Shown piece by piece: positions 8,084 through 20,854 of a DNA stretch of 64,000 bases. Source of the DNA: an uncultured Gaiellales bacterium. GTDB lineage: Bacteria; Actinomycetota; Thermoleophilia; BMS3ABIN01. Made by a program: the position numbers and the translations under genes. The stretch's first letter is position 1. Every line of letters begins with the position of its first letter. The stretch covers positions 40,336 through 104,335 of the forward strand of contig CAZCCR010000002.1 of the NCBI GenBank assembly GCA_964497425.1, given 5' to 3'. The notes under the pieces are model-generated. The model had not been told where the DNA came from and searched no databases. It saw only the letters and a list, made by a program, of their open reading frames with translations.

Positions 8084-8889
8084 ATCCAAGCCATCGCCCC
8101 CTGCCTGCCGGTCGCGGGCCCGTCGCGGCGGTAGGAGAAGAAGTCCCCGTCGCAACAAGTGCAGATGTCAAGGTCGTGGATGCGCCCTGCCTCTACCCCT
8201 GCCCGGGTCAGGTCGGCAACCACGCCGTATTTGAGGTCCAGGCTGCCGTCAGCGACGGCGGCGTCGCCGAAACGGCACCGGAACTCCGCCGCCGTGCCCG
8301 CATCCACCCGGTAGCAGCAGGGCTTGACCGCCGGGCCCAGGGCGGCGGTGACGGATGACGGGTCCGCCCCCGTCCCGGCCATGGCCTTCACAGTGTTTGT
8401 TACCACCCCTCCCACCAGGCTGCGACGGCCGGCGTGGGCCACCGCCACCACCGGCCCCCGCTCCGCTTCCGCGCACAGCACCACGGGCACGCAGTCGGCG
8501 AACTGCAGGAGAAGCGGCGCGCTCTTCAGCCTGGTCACCATGGCGTCGCAGGGGTCGAAGGGGTTGGCGGCGGACATGCGTGAGCCGGAGCCTATATCCA
8601 TCTCCTTCTCCAGCAGTACCACATCGGCGCTGTGCCGCTGACGCGGCGAAGTGACGCGGGAGGCCTTTTGCCCCAGGGCCCGGCCCAGCAGTTGCCGGTT
8701 CCTGTGCACCTGGCCAGGGTCATCGCCCACATGGAACCCCAGGTTGAGGGAATCGTAGGGTGGCCGGCTGACGCCGCCCAGGCGGCAGCTGAAGAAAGCC
8801 TTGGTACCTTCCACAGCCCTGGTGAAGCGCCAGAGCCTGATATCCATGTACTCCTCCTCGGCGAAGGAGCTGTCCCTACTGTCGCTCAT
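8077..8889 (-). CDS. pgeF: YfiH/PgeF-family laccase-domain protein (peptidoglycan editing factor); start approximate
   Basis: PYDSLNLGFHVGDDP and CADC..V motifs of DUF152/YfiH. Conserved position right after ftsZ. Confidence 0.8.
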   Translation of the reverse strand: MSDSRDSSFAEEEYMDIRLWRFTRAVEGTKAFFSCRLGGVSRPPYDSLNLGFHVGDDPGQVHRNRQLLGRALGQKASRVTSPRQRHSADVVLLEKEMDIGSGSRMSAANPFDPCDAMVTRLKSAPLLLQFADCVPVVLCAEAERGPVVAVAHAGRRSLVGGVVTNTVKAMAGTGADPSSVTAALGPAVKPCCYRVDAGTAAEFRCRFGDAAVADGSLDLKYGVVADLTRAGVEAGRIHDLDICTCCDGDFFSYRRDGPATGRQGAMAWIG

Positions 8890-8942
8890 GTGACTGACCC
8901 GTTCCCGCCGGCAGCTGTCTGCCCCGGCCTCCTCAAATGAAA

Positions 8943-8963
8943 GGGCAGGCCGCAGGCCTGCCC
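8943..8963 (-). terminator. Putative intrinsic terminator after ftsZ (GGGCAGGCC-GCA-GGCCTGCCC hairpin followed by UUUCAUUUG)
   Basis: Perfect 9-bp GC stem with 3-nt loop, 33 nt downstream of the ftsZ stop, followed by a partly U-rich tail on the transcript strand. Confidence 0.45.
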
Positions 8964-8995
8964 TGAAAAACATCGCTGCCTCCCTCTCAGCCGGC

Positions 8996-10099
8996 CTACT
9001 CCTCGTCCCGGAGGAAGGTGGGGATGTCCAGAACATCCTCGTCGATCTCGAACTCCGGTTTCTCCTCAGGCTCTTCACCGGGAGTGATCACCGGCCCCGG
9101 CGCCGCCTCCCCCTCGCGGGCCGTCCGGTAGATGCGGGCGTGTTTTATCTGTTTATCGAAACCTGTTGCTATCACCGTCACCTTGACCTCGTCCTTCACG
9201 TCGTCATCGATAACGGCCCCGAAGATGATGTTGCTGTTCGCGTCGGCGGCGCCGGATATCACTTCGGCGGCCTCGTTGACCTCGAACAGGCCCAGGTCGG
9301 TGCCGCCGGTGATGTTCAGCAGAATGCCTGTGGCGCCCTCGACGGAAGATTCCAGCAACGGTGAGGAGATGGCGGCCTTGGCCGCTTCGGCGGCGCGGTT
9401 CTCCCCGTTGGCGACGCCTATGCCCATCAGCGCCGAACCGGCGTCCTTCATGATGGCCTTGACATCGGCGAAATCCAGGTTGATGAGCCCCGGAACGGTG
9501 ATAAGGTCCGTGATGCCCTGGACGCCCTGGCGGAGGATGTCGTCGGCGACGCGGAAGGCGTCGATGATGGAAGTGCGCTTCTCCACCACCTGCAACAGGC
9601 GGTCGTTGGGGATGATGATGACGGTGTCCACCGCCTCCCGCAGGGCCCTGATGCCCTCCTCGGCCTGGTCGCTGCGCTTCTTGCCTTCAAAGGAGAAGGG
9701 ACGCGTCACCACGCCCACGGTAAGCGCCCCCAGCTCACGGGAGATCTCTGCTATCACCGGCGCCGCGCCGGTGCCGGTGCCGCCGCCCTTGCCGGCGGTG
9801 ACGAACACCATGTCCGACCCTTTCAGCGCCTCGCGGATCTCGTCCCGGCTCTCTTCCGCCGCCTCCCGGCCCACTTCCGGATTGGCGCCCGCCCCCAGCC
9901 CCTGGGTTATCTTGCCGCCGATGTGCAGCTTGACGTCCGCGTCACACATCAGCAGCGCCTGGGCGTCGGTGTTCACCGCGATGAACTCAACACCTTTAAG
10001 ACCCGCATCAACCATCCGGTTGACGGCGTTGGTGCCGCCGCCGCCCACACCCACGACCCTGATGACCGCCAGGTAACTGTTACCGGGATCTAACATCTC
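8996..10099 (-). CDS. ftsZ: Cell division GTPase FtsZ (start at MLDPG, 10 nt after a GGGAGG RBS)
   Basis: GGGGTNAV tubulin signature, C-terminal DIPTFLR peptide. The longer ORF-track N-terminus is a spurious extension. Confidence 0.95.
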   Translation of the reverse strand, partial: EMLDPGNSYLAVIRVVGVGGGGTNAVNRMVDAGLKGVEFIAVNTDAQALLMCDADVKLHIGGKITQGLGAGANPEVGREAAEESRDEIREALKGSDMVFVTAGKGGGTGTGAAPVIAEISRELGALTVGVVTRPFSFEGKKRSDQAEEGIRALREAVDTVIIIPNDRLLQVVEKRTSIIDAFRVADDILRQGVQGITDLITVPGLINLDFADVKAIMKDAGSALMGIGVANGENRAAEAAKAAISSPLLESSVEGATGILLNITGGTDLGLFEVNEAAEVISGAADANSNIIFGAVIDDDVKDEVKVTVIATGFDKQIKHARIYRTAREGEAAPGPVITPGEEPEEKPEFEIDEDVLDIPTFLRDEE

Positions 10100-10109
10100 A
10101 AAACCTCCC

Positions 10110-11432
10110 TCAGGGTTTGAACCAACCCTTGACCTTGGCCAGAACCTCGTTCCATAACCCTGTAGTGCTAGTCGAGGGTTCGGGCATATGTACCGGCCCC
10201 CTCTCGGACATCTGCTCGCTCCCATGGAGGAGTAAGCCTACGGCGGTAGCATAAACGGGATTACTGGGTATGTCAACAGCCCCCGACGGCCCCCTCGGCG
10301 TCGCTTCCCGCGCCGGCATCCTGGTGACTATCCGGGCCAGCCCTGCGATACCCTCAAGCTGGCTGGTACCCCCGGTTATCACTATCCCTGTAGCTATGCT
10401 TGAGAGAAACCCGCTGTCCCGGGCCTGGCTCGTCACCAGGCTGAAGATCTCGGCGACCCGCGCCTCGATTATGCGCGCCAGGTATTTACGTGAAAAACTC
10501 TGTGTCCTCTCACCCTCGGCGCCCGGCAGTCCCGATTCGGCGCGCACCATCTCGATGTCCTCCACCAGGTGGCTTTGGGCGTGGCCGTGGCTGATCTTCA
10601 CCTCTTCCGCGGCCGCCAGCGGCAGCTTGACCCCGACGGAGATGTCACGGGTGATATGGTTGCCGCCCACGGGCAACACGGCGGAATGGACCAGCCGTCC
10701 GCCGGCGAACATGGCCACGTCCGTGGTGCCGCCACCGATATCCACCAGGATCACGCCCGAATCCATCTCCTGCTCGCTGAGGCAGGAGCGGCTGGAAGCC
10801 AGGGGCTCGAGCATGATGTCGTCCACGGCCAGCCCCGCGTCCTCCACCGCCGTTACCAGGTTCCGGATCGCGTTGACCGCGCCGAAGACGAGGTGTCCGG
10901 TCATCTCCACCCGGTTGGCCCACATGCCCACCGGCCGCTTGACGCCGTCCTGGCCGTCCAGCGAATAGTCGCGGGGAAGGGCGTGCAGCAGCTGGAAGTC
11001 GGGGGAAACCTCCACATCCTTCAGCTTCTCCAGCAGCGCGTCGCGTTCGGCGCTGGTGACGCGCCTGTCCTGGTTGGGGTTGTCGATGGCGACCTTGCGG
11101 TTCATGGAGATGATGTGGGAGCCGGCGACCCCGACAAAGGTCTCCTGGAGGCGGGCCCGGGCTTCCTCCGCCGCCCTGGCGGCGGCGGCCCTGATGGAGC
11201 CGGCCGCCTCCCCGCGGTCGACGACCACGCCCTTGTGCATCCCCTGCGCCGGCACCGTCGCCGTACTCCTTACCCGCGCCAGGCGGCCGTCAGGCCCCAG
11301 TTCCCCCACCAGGCAGGCTATCTTGGTCGTTCCCACATCGAGGGCGACCACCGGCGGATATGTCGCCCCCGCGCCCTCCTTCCGGGGCCGGCCCTCGCTG
11401 CCGGCGATGCCATTATCGTCTCTACTGTCCAT
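10110..11432 (-). CDS. ftsA: Cell division protein FtsA (start approximate)
   Basis: Actin-like fold motifs [10 protein letters not shown] and DIGGGTTD. Lies between ftsQ and ftsZ. Confidence 0.9.
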   Translation of the reverse strand: MDSRDDNGIAGSEGRPRKEGAGATYPPVVALDVGTTKIACLVGELGPDGRLARVRSTATVPAQGMHKGVVVDRGEAAGSIRAAAARAAEEARARLQETFVGVAGSHIISMNRKVAIDNPNQDRRVTSAERDALLEKLKDVEVSPDFQLLHALPRDYSLDGQDGVKRPVGMWANRVEMTGHLVFGAVNAIRNLVTAVEDAGLAVDDIMLEPLASSRSCLSEQEMDSGVILVDIGGGTTDVAMFAGGRLVHSAVLPVGGNHITRDISVGVKLPLAAAEEVKISHGHAQSHLVEDIEMVRAESGLPGAEGERTQSFSRKYLARIIEARVAEIFSLVTSQARDSGFLSSIATGIVITGGTSQLEGIAGLARIVTRMPAREATPRGPSGAVDIPSNPVYATAVGLLLHGSEQMSERGPVHMPEPSTSTTGLWNEVLAKVKGWFKP

Positions 11433-12267
11433 CAGCGGCCACCCCTTCCCCCGCCGCATCCGGCGAGCCGGTTCCCGCAGCCGTGCTATCCGCGGCGGCG
11501 TTCCCATCAGGATTCGGCGCCGCCGCTTCGTCCCCCTGCCTGGTGACCGGACGTTCCGGGACGGAGACATCGATTGTCATCTTCACTCCCGACATGGACG
11601 CCCGCGCCAGCATCTGGCGAAGCACCTCGAACTTGAGGTCGTACTGGTCGAGGTCGCCGAAATTGACGGAGACGCCGTTGCCGGTCACGGCGGTGATCAA
11701 ACCGCCGTCGACATCGACCCGGGAGAACCCGTAGACGAAATTCACCGGGATGTCCACCACGAATCTGACACCGTCCACGGCGTCGCCGCAGCCGGGCGGT
11801 TCACCCTGCTCGATGGCGTCGCATGGCTCCGCCGTGGAGATGACGGGCAGCGTCTGGTCTGCGGCATCGACCGGCATCAGGACCGTGCCGTCGGAGGAGA
11901 CCAGGTACAGCGCTCCGCCCGGCCCGGCCAGATACGCCGCCGGGTGATGCTCGCGCACGCGGATCACTATGGTGTGGGGGAACCTGCGCTCGAAGGAGAC
12001 ATCGGCCACCAGGGGTTCCTGTTCCAGGGCGTCGGCTGCCCGGTCCAGCGGCGGCATTATCAACCCTTCCCCCATCAAGAGCGGTCCGGCGATATCCAAC
12101 ACCGTCTCGCTGGGGACCGCGCTGTTTCCCTCGACCTCGATCACCTCTATCGCCAGCAGGCCGGACTGGCTCAGCCAGAACACCCCGCCGCCGATTATGG
12201 CGACCACCAGTACCGCCAGCAACAGCCACCAGGCGTTTCTCTTCAGAAAGGGGCTCACGGCGGTCAT
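11422..12267 (-). CDS. ftsQ: Cell division protein FtsQ/DivIB
   Basis: Single N-terminal TM helix, POTRA domain, conserved dcw position. Confidence 0.85.
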   Translation of the reverse strand: MTAVSPFLKRNAWWLLLAVLVVAIIGGGVFWLSQSGLLAIEVIEVEGNSAVPSETVLDIAGPLLMGEGLIMPPLDRAADALEQEPLVADVSFERRFPHTIVIRVREHHPAAYLAGPGGALYLVSSDGTVLMPVDAADQTLPVISTAEPCDAIEQGEPPGCGDAVDGVRFVVDIPVNFVYGFSRVDVDGGLITAVTGNGVSVNFGDLDQYDLKFEVLRQMLARASMSGVKMTIDVSVPERPVTRQGDEAAAPNPDGNAAADSTAAGTGSPDAAGEGVAADGQ

Positions 12268-13185
12268 TCTGCCACCTTCCTCAGGCGGATATCACCTAGG
12301 AGCCTCACTTCCGGTTCCAGTACGACCCCGAAGCTCTCGAAGACGCGCCAGCGACACTCATCCATGACGGAGACGACGTCGGCCGCGGTGGCGCCGCCGC
12401 TGTTGATGACGAAATTGGCATGGAGCGGCGAGACGGCGGCGCCACCGCGGCCCACTCCCTTGCATCCGGCGCGGTCCAGCAGTTCACCGGCGGAGGGCCC
12501 TTCAGGCGGGTTGCGAAAGGTGCTGCCGAAAGTACGCACGCCGCGGGGCTGGGACGCCTCGCGCCTGGACAGGTACCGGCGCATCGAGAGCCTGATGGCG
12601 TCCCGGTCCCCCTCGGCCAGCAGCAGCGACACGCGGCTGATCACCGCCCCCGGGGGAAGGGACGATGAGCGATAGCCCAGCCCCAGCTCCGCGGCGTCCA
12701 TTCTCCGTTCCCCGTCCGGAAGGCACACCTCGGCCCACTGCAGGTGGTCGCCGATGCACACCCCGAAGGCTCCGGCGTTCATCGCCACCGCCCCTCCCAG
12801 AGTGCCGGGTATACCCTCCAGCGTCTCCAGCCCGCTGAGGCCCTCCTCCCAGGCCATGCGCGCCACGCGCGGCAGGGAAGCGCCGGCTCCGCACCGGAGG
12901 GCGGTCCCCGACCGCCTGCATTCCTTCAGTCCACCGCCGAGGCGGATCACCACGCCTTCCCAGCCATGGTCGGAGGCCAGCACGTTGGAACCTGCGCCGA
13001 GTACGAACCGGGGCAGACCGCATCCTCGGGCGGCCTCCAGAACCGCCGCCAGGGCGCCGGCGCTCCCGACATCCACTACGTAAGCAGCCGGGCCGCCGCA
13101 GCCGATTGTGGTCATTCGGGAAAACGGGATACCACGCTGGACCCTGCCCCCGGACGCCGACTCCAGTTCGTGGCAGGGCGCCGGC

Positions 13186-14560
<1,375 letters not shown>

Positions 14561-14586
<26 letters not shown>

Positions 14587-15685
14587 TCTTCAGTATCTCC
14601 TCTGCCGTGACGGCGGCTCCGTCCCTTGAGCCCAGCCGGCCGCTGGCCGCCGCCATCGCCTCCAGCCGCTGCCTGTCCTCGAGCATGGCCGTGACCTCGC
14701 GCCTGAGCAGCTCCGCGTCCAGCCGTCCGTCATCCACTATCCCGGCCGCGCCGGCGGCCGCCATCCATTCCGCGTTCTTGCGCTGGTGGTCGGCGGTCGC
14801 GTGAGGATAGGGGACCAGCAACGCCGGCTTTCCCAGCGCCGCTATCTCCAGGACCGACGCCCCGGAGCGGCCCACGACCAGGTCCGCTGCCGCCATGGCC
14901 AGCGGCAGGTCGTCGGTATAGTCTAGCAGATGATAGCTTTCCCGGTCGTACCCCGACCCTTCCAGCACTTGTCTCACCCGATGGTAGTCCCGCCTGCCGC
15001 TGATATGCACCAGCTGGAAGGGGAGCGCGCCGGAACCGAAGGCACCCGCCACCGCCCGGTTTATGGAGCGCGCCCCCTGGCTGCCGCCATATACCAGCAC
15101 CACCGGCCGGTCGGCGTCCAGCCCGAACAGGCGCCGCCCTTCAGCCGCATCGGCCTCCAGCAGCTCCTGACTCATAGGCCTGCCGGCGCGCATGTACTTC
15201 TTCCCCGACCGGCCGGTGAGGGGGAAACTGAGCACGACGCGGTCCGCGAAGCGCGAGAGGAAGCGGTTGGCCAGGCCCATGTGGGAGTCCAGTTCCACGA
15301 TCAGCGTCGGTATGCGCAGCATGGCCGCCCAGAAGACCGGAGCTGCGCTGACATAGCCGCCCACCCCCACCACCACGTCGGGGCGGCTACGGCGCAGGAT
15401 GGCCAGGCACTGGAGGCTGCCGTGGAACAACGACCAGAGGAAGAGGAACAGCCTCGGAGAGAGTTCCCGTTCCAGGCCACGGAGGTCCGCCCTCTCCAGC
15501 TGATAGCCGGCGCGGGGGACCAACTCCTGCTCCAGTCCCCTGCCCGTACCGATGAAGGAGACGCCGGCGCCCCTATCCCTGAGCGCGCCTGCCAGCGCCA
15601 GGGCGGGAACCAGGTGACCGGCCGTACCCCCGGCTGCGATCACCACCCTGGATCGCTCTGAATTTTCTGCTGGGAGTTGCGGCAA
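14561..15685 (-). CDS. murG: UDP-GlcNAc:lipid I N-acetylglucosaminyltransferase MurG (overlaps the ftsW 3' end by at least ~50 nt)
   Basis: VVIAAGGTAGHLVPALAL N-terminal signature. Confidence 0.9.
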
Positions 15686-16838
15686 TCTTCCCCCGTGGGT
15701 TGACAGCGATGTTGAGCAGGATGCCGATGCCGGACAGGATCACCACCAGGCTGCTGCCGCCATAACTGACGATGGGCAGCGGGATGCCCGTGAGCGGCAG
15801 CAGGCCCATCACGGCGCAGGCGTTTATCACCGCCTGACTGATCAGCAGCGAGGTGATGCCCCCGGCCAGATACTTGCCGAAACGGTTCCTGCTCCTGAGG
15901 GCGATGCGGAAACCGACATAGGCCAGGGCGCCGTATATCACCATGACGGCCACGACCCCGACCAGGCCCAGTTCCTCACCGATGATGGAGAGTATCATAT
16001 CCGTGTGCGCCTCGGGCAGGTAACTGAACTTCTGTATGCTCTTGCCGACGCCGACGCCGAACAGCCCGCCGGACCCCAGCGCCACCAGCGACTGGATCAC
16101 CTGGAACCCGGACTCGCGCGCGTCACGCCAGGGATTGATGAAGGCGGTTATCCGGGCCAGGCGGTAGGGGAAGAGGATTATGAATGGCAGGGCCGCCATG
16201 CCGGCCACCGCGCCCATCATGGCCAGGTCACGCAACCGCATGCCGGCGATGAACAGCATCGCCGCGACGGTGACGATGATGGCGATGCTGGTGCCCATGT
16301 CCGGCTCCACCAGCACCAGGACGCAGGCTACCGCCGGCAGCGCCAGCAGCGGCAGGGCCATGTCCCGGATGCTCCTGACCACCCGCGGGCGGGCGCTGAG
16401 CACCGCCGCCACGAACAGCACCGTGGAGAGCTTGGCCAGCTCTGACGGCTGGAAGGTGAAGGGGCCGAAGCCGATCCAGCGGCAGGCGCCCTTGGCGCAG
16501 GAACGGAAGCCGGGGATGAAGACCAGCAACAGGAGGCCGATGGACATCAGCATCAGCAGCGGTGAGAGCTTCCTCAGCCGCATGAAGTCGAAACGGGCCA
16601 GGGCGAACATCAGCGCCAGCCCCAGCGCCGCGTATATCAACTCGCGCTTGAGGAAGAAGTAGCTGTCATGGTTGCCGAAGTAGGCGTTGGCCCAGCTGGC
16701 GCTGAAGACCATCACCACGCCGATGGCCAGCAGCGCCAGGGTCACGGTCACCAGGAAAGTGTATTCGAAAGCTCCCTCGGACTCGCGCCTGCGCCCCTGC
16801 CCCTTCTTCTTTCCCCTCTTGACTTTTCCCCCGCTCAA
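15573..16838 (-). CDS. ftsW: Peptidoglycan glycosyltransferase FtsW (SEDS family)
   Basis: 10-TM SEDS topology, position between murD and murG. Confidence 0.9.
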   Translation of the reverse strand: MSGGKVKRGKKKGQGRRRESEGAFEYTFLVTVTLALLAIGVVMVFSASWANAYFGNHDSYFFLKRELIYAALGLALMFALARFDFMRLRKLSPLLMLMSIGLLLLVFIPGFRSCAKGACRWIGFGPFTFQPSELAKLSTVLFVAAVLSARPRVVRSIRDMALPLLALPAVACVLVLVEPDMGTSIAIIVTVAAMLFIAGMRLRDLAMMGAVAGMAALPFIILFPYRLARITAFINPWRDARESGFQVIQSLVALGSGGLFGVGVGKSIQKFSYLPEAHTDMILSIIGEELGLVGVVAVMVIYGALAYVGFRIALRSRNRFGKYLAGGITSLLISQAVINACAVMGLLPLTGIPLPIVSYGGSSLVVILSGIGILLNIAVNPRGKIAATPSRKFRAIQGGDRSRGYGRSPGSRPGAGRRAQG

Positions 16839-18367
16839 TCGCTGTCCCTTCTCAGTTCTTCCACCAGGGAGAGAAACCGCTCTCCTCTCTCCTCGTAGTC
16901 ACGGAACTGGTCGAAACTGGCGCACGCGGGCGACAGCAGGACCACTTCCCCCGGGGCGGCGGCGGCGCTCGCCTCGCGGAAGGCCGTCTCCAGGTCGCCG
17001 GCCATGACTACCTCTCCGCCGGCCTGCCGGAAGCTTTCCTCCATCTGCCCGGCGGCTTCCCCGATGAGGTATACCGCCCGGACCTTGCCCTCGCGGCCGG
17101 CGGCCGCCTGGGCCAGGTGCTCAAAAGAGCAGCCCTTGAGGCTGCCTCCCAGTATCATGTGGACGCCCCCGCCGAAAGCGGTGAGCGCCTTGATGGCGGC
17201 ATCGACATTGGTGGCCTTGGAATCATTGACATACCTGACCCCTCCCACCATCCCCGCCTGCTGCAGGCGGTGGGGCACACCGGGGAAGCTGCCGAGACCC
17301 GCTGCCACCTCCTCAGGTCCCAGCCCTATACCCAGGCATACGGCAACCGCCGCCAGGGCGTTCTCCAGATTATGCTCTCCCATAAGCGATGCCTCTGCCC
17401 AGGCGATCACTTTCTGTGAATCTTCGCCGCCGCCGGCGCCATTCCTGCCCTGTCCCGTCCTGCCGGCGGTGGTGCATCCCCCCAGCCTGCTGCGCACGCC
17501 GGCGCTGACGGCGATGAGACGGGCTTCGTCGAAACAGATGTCGCCACCGCGGTAATAGACGACGGGGGCGACGCCTCCCTCCTGCGCAGCCCGCGCCGGC
17601 CGGGAACGGCTGAACCAGGCGCGCCCGCCTGCGCCCGGGACCGCCCTGTCCCGGACCAGGGCGTCATCGGCGTTGAGCACCGCCAGGTCGTCAGGTTGCT
17701 GGTTGGAGAAGACCAGCATCTTGGCGGCGTAATAGGCAGGGGCGTCCCGATAGCGGTCCAGATGATCCTCGGCCAGGTTCAACAGCACCGCCACCTCGGG
17801 CCTGAGCAGGATGCTGTCCTCGATCTGGAAGCTGGAAAGCTCGGCGACGATCATCTCGTCGGCGGCGGCCTTGCCCACAAGGGCGGAGATGGGTGCGCCC
17901 ACGTTGCCCGCCACATGGCAGGCGCAACCCGCCTTCCTGAGGATGTGGCCGATCAGCTCCGTGGTGGTCGTCTTGCCGTTGGTGCCGGTGACGCCGATGA
18001 GAGGGTTGTCCAGGAAGCGCCAGGCGAACTCCACCTCCCCCCAGACGGGGATGCCCCGCTGGTGCGCCTCCTCGATCAGGGAGATGTCGCCGGGGACTCC
18101 GGGACTCTTGACCAGGAGGCCGCAGCCGTCGAGCAGGGTGTGATCCTCCCGGCCCATCTCCACCTGGATCCCTGCGGCGGTCAGTTCACCGGCCTCGGCG
18201 GCCGCCGGCGGCTGCTGCTGCCGGTCACAGATGACCACCTGGGCCTGGGGCAGCATCAGCCGCGCCGCCCGCGCGGCGGCGGTTCCCGAGCGGGCCATGC
18301 CCACTATCAGGATCCGCTGCACCTGCGCCAGTTCCGGCACCTTCACCGCCGCACCGCCCCGCGGCAC
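16835..18367 (-). CDS. murD: UDP-N-acetylmuramoylalanine--D-glutamate ligase
   Basis: Mur ligase GTNGKTTT P-loop, N-terminal Rossmann fold, dcw position. Confidence 0.9.
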   Translation of the reverse strand: MPRGGAAVKVPELAQVQRILIVGMARSGTAAARAARLMLPQAQVVICDRQQQPPAAAEAGELTAAGIQVEMGREDHTLLDGCGLLVKSPGVPGDISLIEEAHQRGIPVWGEVEFAWRFLDNPLIGVTGTNGKTTTTELIGHILRKAGCACHVAGNVGAPISALVGKAAADEMIVAELSSFQIEDSILLRPEVAVLLNLAEDHLDRYRDAPAYYAAKMLVFSNQQPDDLAVLNADDALVRDRAVPGAGGRAWFSRSRPARAAQEGGVAPVVYYRGGDICFDEARLIAVSAGVRSRLGGCTTAGRTGQGRNGAGGGEDSQKVIAWAEASLMGEHNLENALAAVAVCLGIGLGPEEVAAGLGSFPGVPHRLQQAGMVGGVRYVNDSKATNVDAAIKALTAFGGGVHMILGGSLKGCSFEHLAQAAAGREGKVRAVYLIGEAAGQMEESFRQAGGEVVMAGDLETAFREASAAAAPGEVVLLSPACASFDQFRDYEERGERFLSLVEELRRDSD

Positions 18368-18398
18368 GTCTGAAGGGCACGCACGGTTCCCATCCCGC

Positions 18399-19370
18399 TC
18401 ACCTCCCGGTGGAGAGGAAGAACATGGTAAAACCTGTCGCGGCGAAGATGGCGCCGACGATCCAGAAACGCATGATTATCTTGGTCTCCGACCAGTCCAT
18501 CAGCTCGAAATGGTGGTGTATGGGCGTCATCAGGAAGACGCGGCGGCCGAAGGAGCGGTAGCTCAGTACCTGGATCATCACCGACAGCGTCTCGCCGACG
18601 AAGATGGCCCCGATCACCAGAAGCAGGATCTCCGTCTTGGTCATCACCGCCATGGCGGCGATGGCCCCTCCCAGGGCCATGGAGCCCGTGTCCCCCATGA
18701 ACACCTCCGCCGGGAAAGAGTTGAACCAGAGGAAGCCGACACAGGCGCCGACGACGCAGGCGGAGATTATACCCAGTTCTATCTGGCCGCTGAGGAAGGC
18801 GATGCCGGTATAGGTGAGCATGGTGACGGCTACCGCCCCCGCCGCCAGTCCGTCCAGGCCGTCGGTGAGGTTCACCGCGTTGGAGCTGCCGGCGATGACC
18901 AGGAAGATCAGAAAATAATACACTATCCCCAGGTTGATAGCATGATCGCTCATGGGTATCTTCAGCGTCTCGTTGACGCCGCCGTAACGCACGGCGATCA
19001 GTCCCACCAGCACCGACAGGCCCAGCTGCAGGCCGAGTTTGCCCCTGGCCCTCAGGCCCAGGGAGCGCTTCATCCTGATCTTGGCCAGGTCGTCGGCGAA
19101 GCCGATCGCCGCGCAGCCGACTATGGTCATGATCACCACGAAACCTCCTGCTGTCCACCGCCCCAGGATCAGGAACGGCACTATCGAACCGGCCAGTATC
19201 AGCAGCCCCCCCATGGTGGGGATACCCTGCTTGGTCTCCCGGTGCGCCTGCGGCCCTTCTTCCCGCACTTCCTGGCGGAACTCGTTCAACTTGAGGTACT
19301 GAATGAACTTGGGTCCCAGGAAGAGGGTTATCAGCATCGCCGCCAGGCCTGCCGCCAGGAGCTGGAACAT
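18399..19370 (-). CDS. mraY: Phospho-N-acetylmuramoyl-pentapeptide transferase
   Basis: Polytopic membrane protein with the MraY aspartate-rich motifs; 323 aa. Confidence 0.9.
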   Translation of the reverse strand: MFQLLAAGLAAMLITLFLGPKFIQYLKLNEFRQEVREEGPQAHRETKQGIPTMGGLLILAGSIVPFLILGRWTAGGFVVIMTIVGCAAIGFADDLAKIRMKRSLGLRARGKLGLQLGLSVLVGLIAVRYGGVNETLKIPMSDHAINLGIVYYFLIFLVIAGSSNAVNLTDGLDGLAAGAVAVTMLTYTGIAFLSGQIELGIISACVVGACVGFLWFNSFPAEVFMGDTGSMALGGAIAAMAVMTKTEILLLVIGAIFVGETLSVMIQVLSYRSFGRRVFLMTPIHHHFELMDWSETKIIMRFWIVGAIFAATGFTMFFLSTGR

Positions 19371-19371
19371 C

Positions 19372-20850
19372 TCAGTCCCCCTCCCCCTGCCCGCCGGCGT
19401 GACCCGGCCCGGCTGCCATCAGCGCCGCCACCAGTTCTTCCAGCCCCATGAAGCGTGAGCCTTTGACCAGCACCACGTCTCCCGGCCGGAGAGCGGCTCC
19501 GGCACCTGCGACGGCGCCGGCGCGGTCGGAGAAATGAATGTCCCGCCGGTCGCTGTCCACCTCGGCGGCTCCCTCGATGTACGCCGCCGCCAGGCGTCCC
19601 ACGGCGACGATCATGTCCACCCCCGACTCGGCCGCTTTCCTGCCTACATCCCGGTGCAGCTCCTCCTCCTGCTCACCCAGTTCTCCCATATCTCCCAGGA
19701 CGGCCACGGACCTGGCCCCGGAAGCGGTCGTCACCAGATGCTCCAGGGAGGACTCCATGGAGAGAGGGTTGGCGTTGTAGCAGTCGTCGATGATGAGGAT
19801 ACCGCCAGGCGCCTGGAGTCTCTCGCCGCGGCGGGCGGAGAGGGTGACGGCGGCAGCCGCTGGCGGCGCAGCCGCCAGCGGCTGCCGCATCAGCCTGTAC
19901 ACGCCCAGCGCCGCCATGGCGTTGAGCAGGTGGTGGCGGGCGGTGAAGTTGAACCTGAGCTCCAGCTCCTCGCCGGCGCAATCTATCACCACATGCATCC
20001 CCTCACTGCCGGTAGTCTCGCTGAGGGGATGGATGTCGGCGTCCATGTCGAAGCCGAATGTCAACCGCTCCAGTTCCAGCCCTTCCAGGTGCGGTTCAAG
20101 CAGCCTGTCTCCAAAGGGTGTGACCAGCCCCCCTCCCGGCGGCAGGCAGGACGCGAGCTCCGCCTTGCCGGCGGCTATCTTCTCCAGGCTGCCGGTGAAC
20201 TGGAGGTGGGAAGGTCCTACGTTGGTGATCACCCCAATGTCGGGGGCGGCGATCTCACATAGCCTGGATATCTCTCCAGGACCCTGCATCCCCATCTCCA
20301 CGATCACGGCTTCAGTGTCCTCGTCCGCCTCCAGCAGCGTCAGCGGCACTCCGACCTCGTTGTTGAAGCTGCCCCTGCTGGCTGTCACCTCCATCCTTCC
20401 GGCCAGCAGGCCCTTGAGGATGTCTTTGGTGGAGGTCTTGCCGCTGCTGCCGGTGATGGCGATGATCCTCGCTCCGGTGCGACTCGCCGAGAGCGCCGCG
20501 ATCCGTCCCAGTGCCCCGGTGCTGTCGGCGGCGGCGATGATGACGGCGCTGCCGCCCGTCCCGGGCGGCAGCGCCGCAGCCAGGCTCCTGGCCGCGACTC
20601 CCTCCGCCAGGACGCCGGCGGCGCCCTGCTGAAGGGCCCGGGCGGCGAAATCGCCGCCGTCGTAGCGTTCCCCCTTCAGGCCGACGAAGAGGCTGCCGGC
20701 GAGCTCGCCACGGGTGTCTGTGGAGATAGCGTTTATCTCCGTGCCGGGCGAGCCCGAGAGCAGCTCGCCGCCGCAGGCCCGGCAGATATCCTTTACCGTC
20801 AGGGTGATCATCGCTCCTGGTAATCCCGTTCTCAAGGCCGTCGCCCGCAT
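19372..20850 (-). CDS. murF: UDP-MurNAc-tripeptide--D-Ala-D-Ala ligase MurF (not MurE)
   Basis: MurF-type N-terminus (LTVKDICRACGGELL...ISTDTR), ITGSSGKTSTKD P-loop, C-terminal DDCYNANPLSM...VLGDMGELG. Confidence 0.9.
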   Translation of the reverse strand: MRATALRTGLPGAMITLTVKDICRACGGELLSGSPGTEINAISTDTRGELAGSLFVGLKGERYDGGDFAARALQQGAAGVLAEGVAARSLAAALPPGTGGSAVIIAAADSTGALGRIAALSASRTGARIIAITGSSGKTSTKDILKGLLAGRMEVTASRGSFNNEVGVPLTLLEADEDTEAVIVEMGMQGPGEISRLCEIAAPDIGVITNVGPSHLQFTGSLEKIAAGKAELASCLPPGGGLVTPFGDRLLEPHLEGLELERLTFGFDMDADIHPLSETTGSEGMHVVIDCAGEELELRFNFTARHHLLNAMAALGVYRLMRQPLAAAPPAAAAVTLSARRGERLQAPGGILIIDDCYNANPLSMESSLEHLVTTASGARSVAVLGDMGELGEQEEELHRDVGRKAAESGVDMIVAVGRLAAAYIEGAAEVDSDRRDIHFSDRAGAVAGAGAALRPGDVVLVKGSRFMGLEELVAALMAAGPGHAGGQGEGD

Positions 20851-20854
20851 GTCG

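Noticed and set aside
11056-12675. 539-aa plus-strand ORF
   Set aside because: Antisense to ftsA, ftsQ and murB; open only because of GC-rich codon bias.
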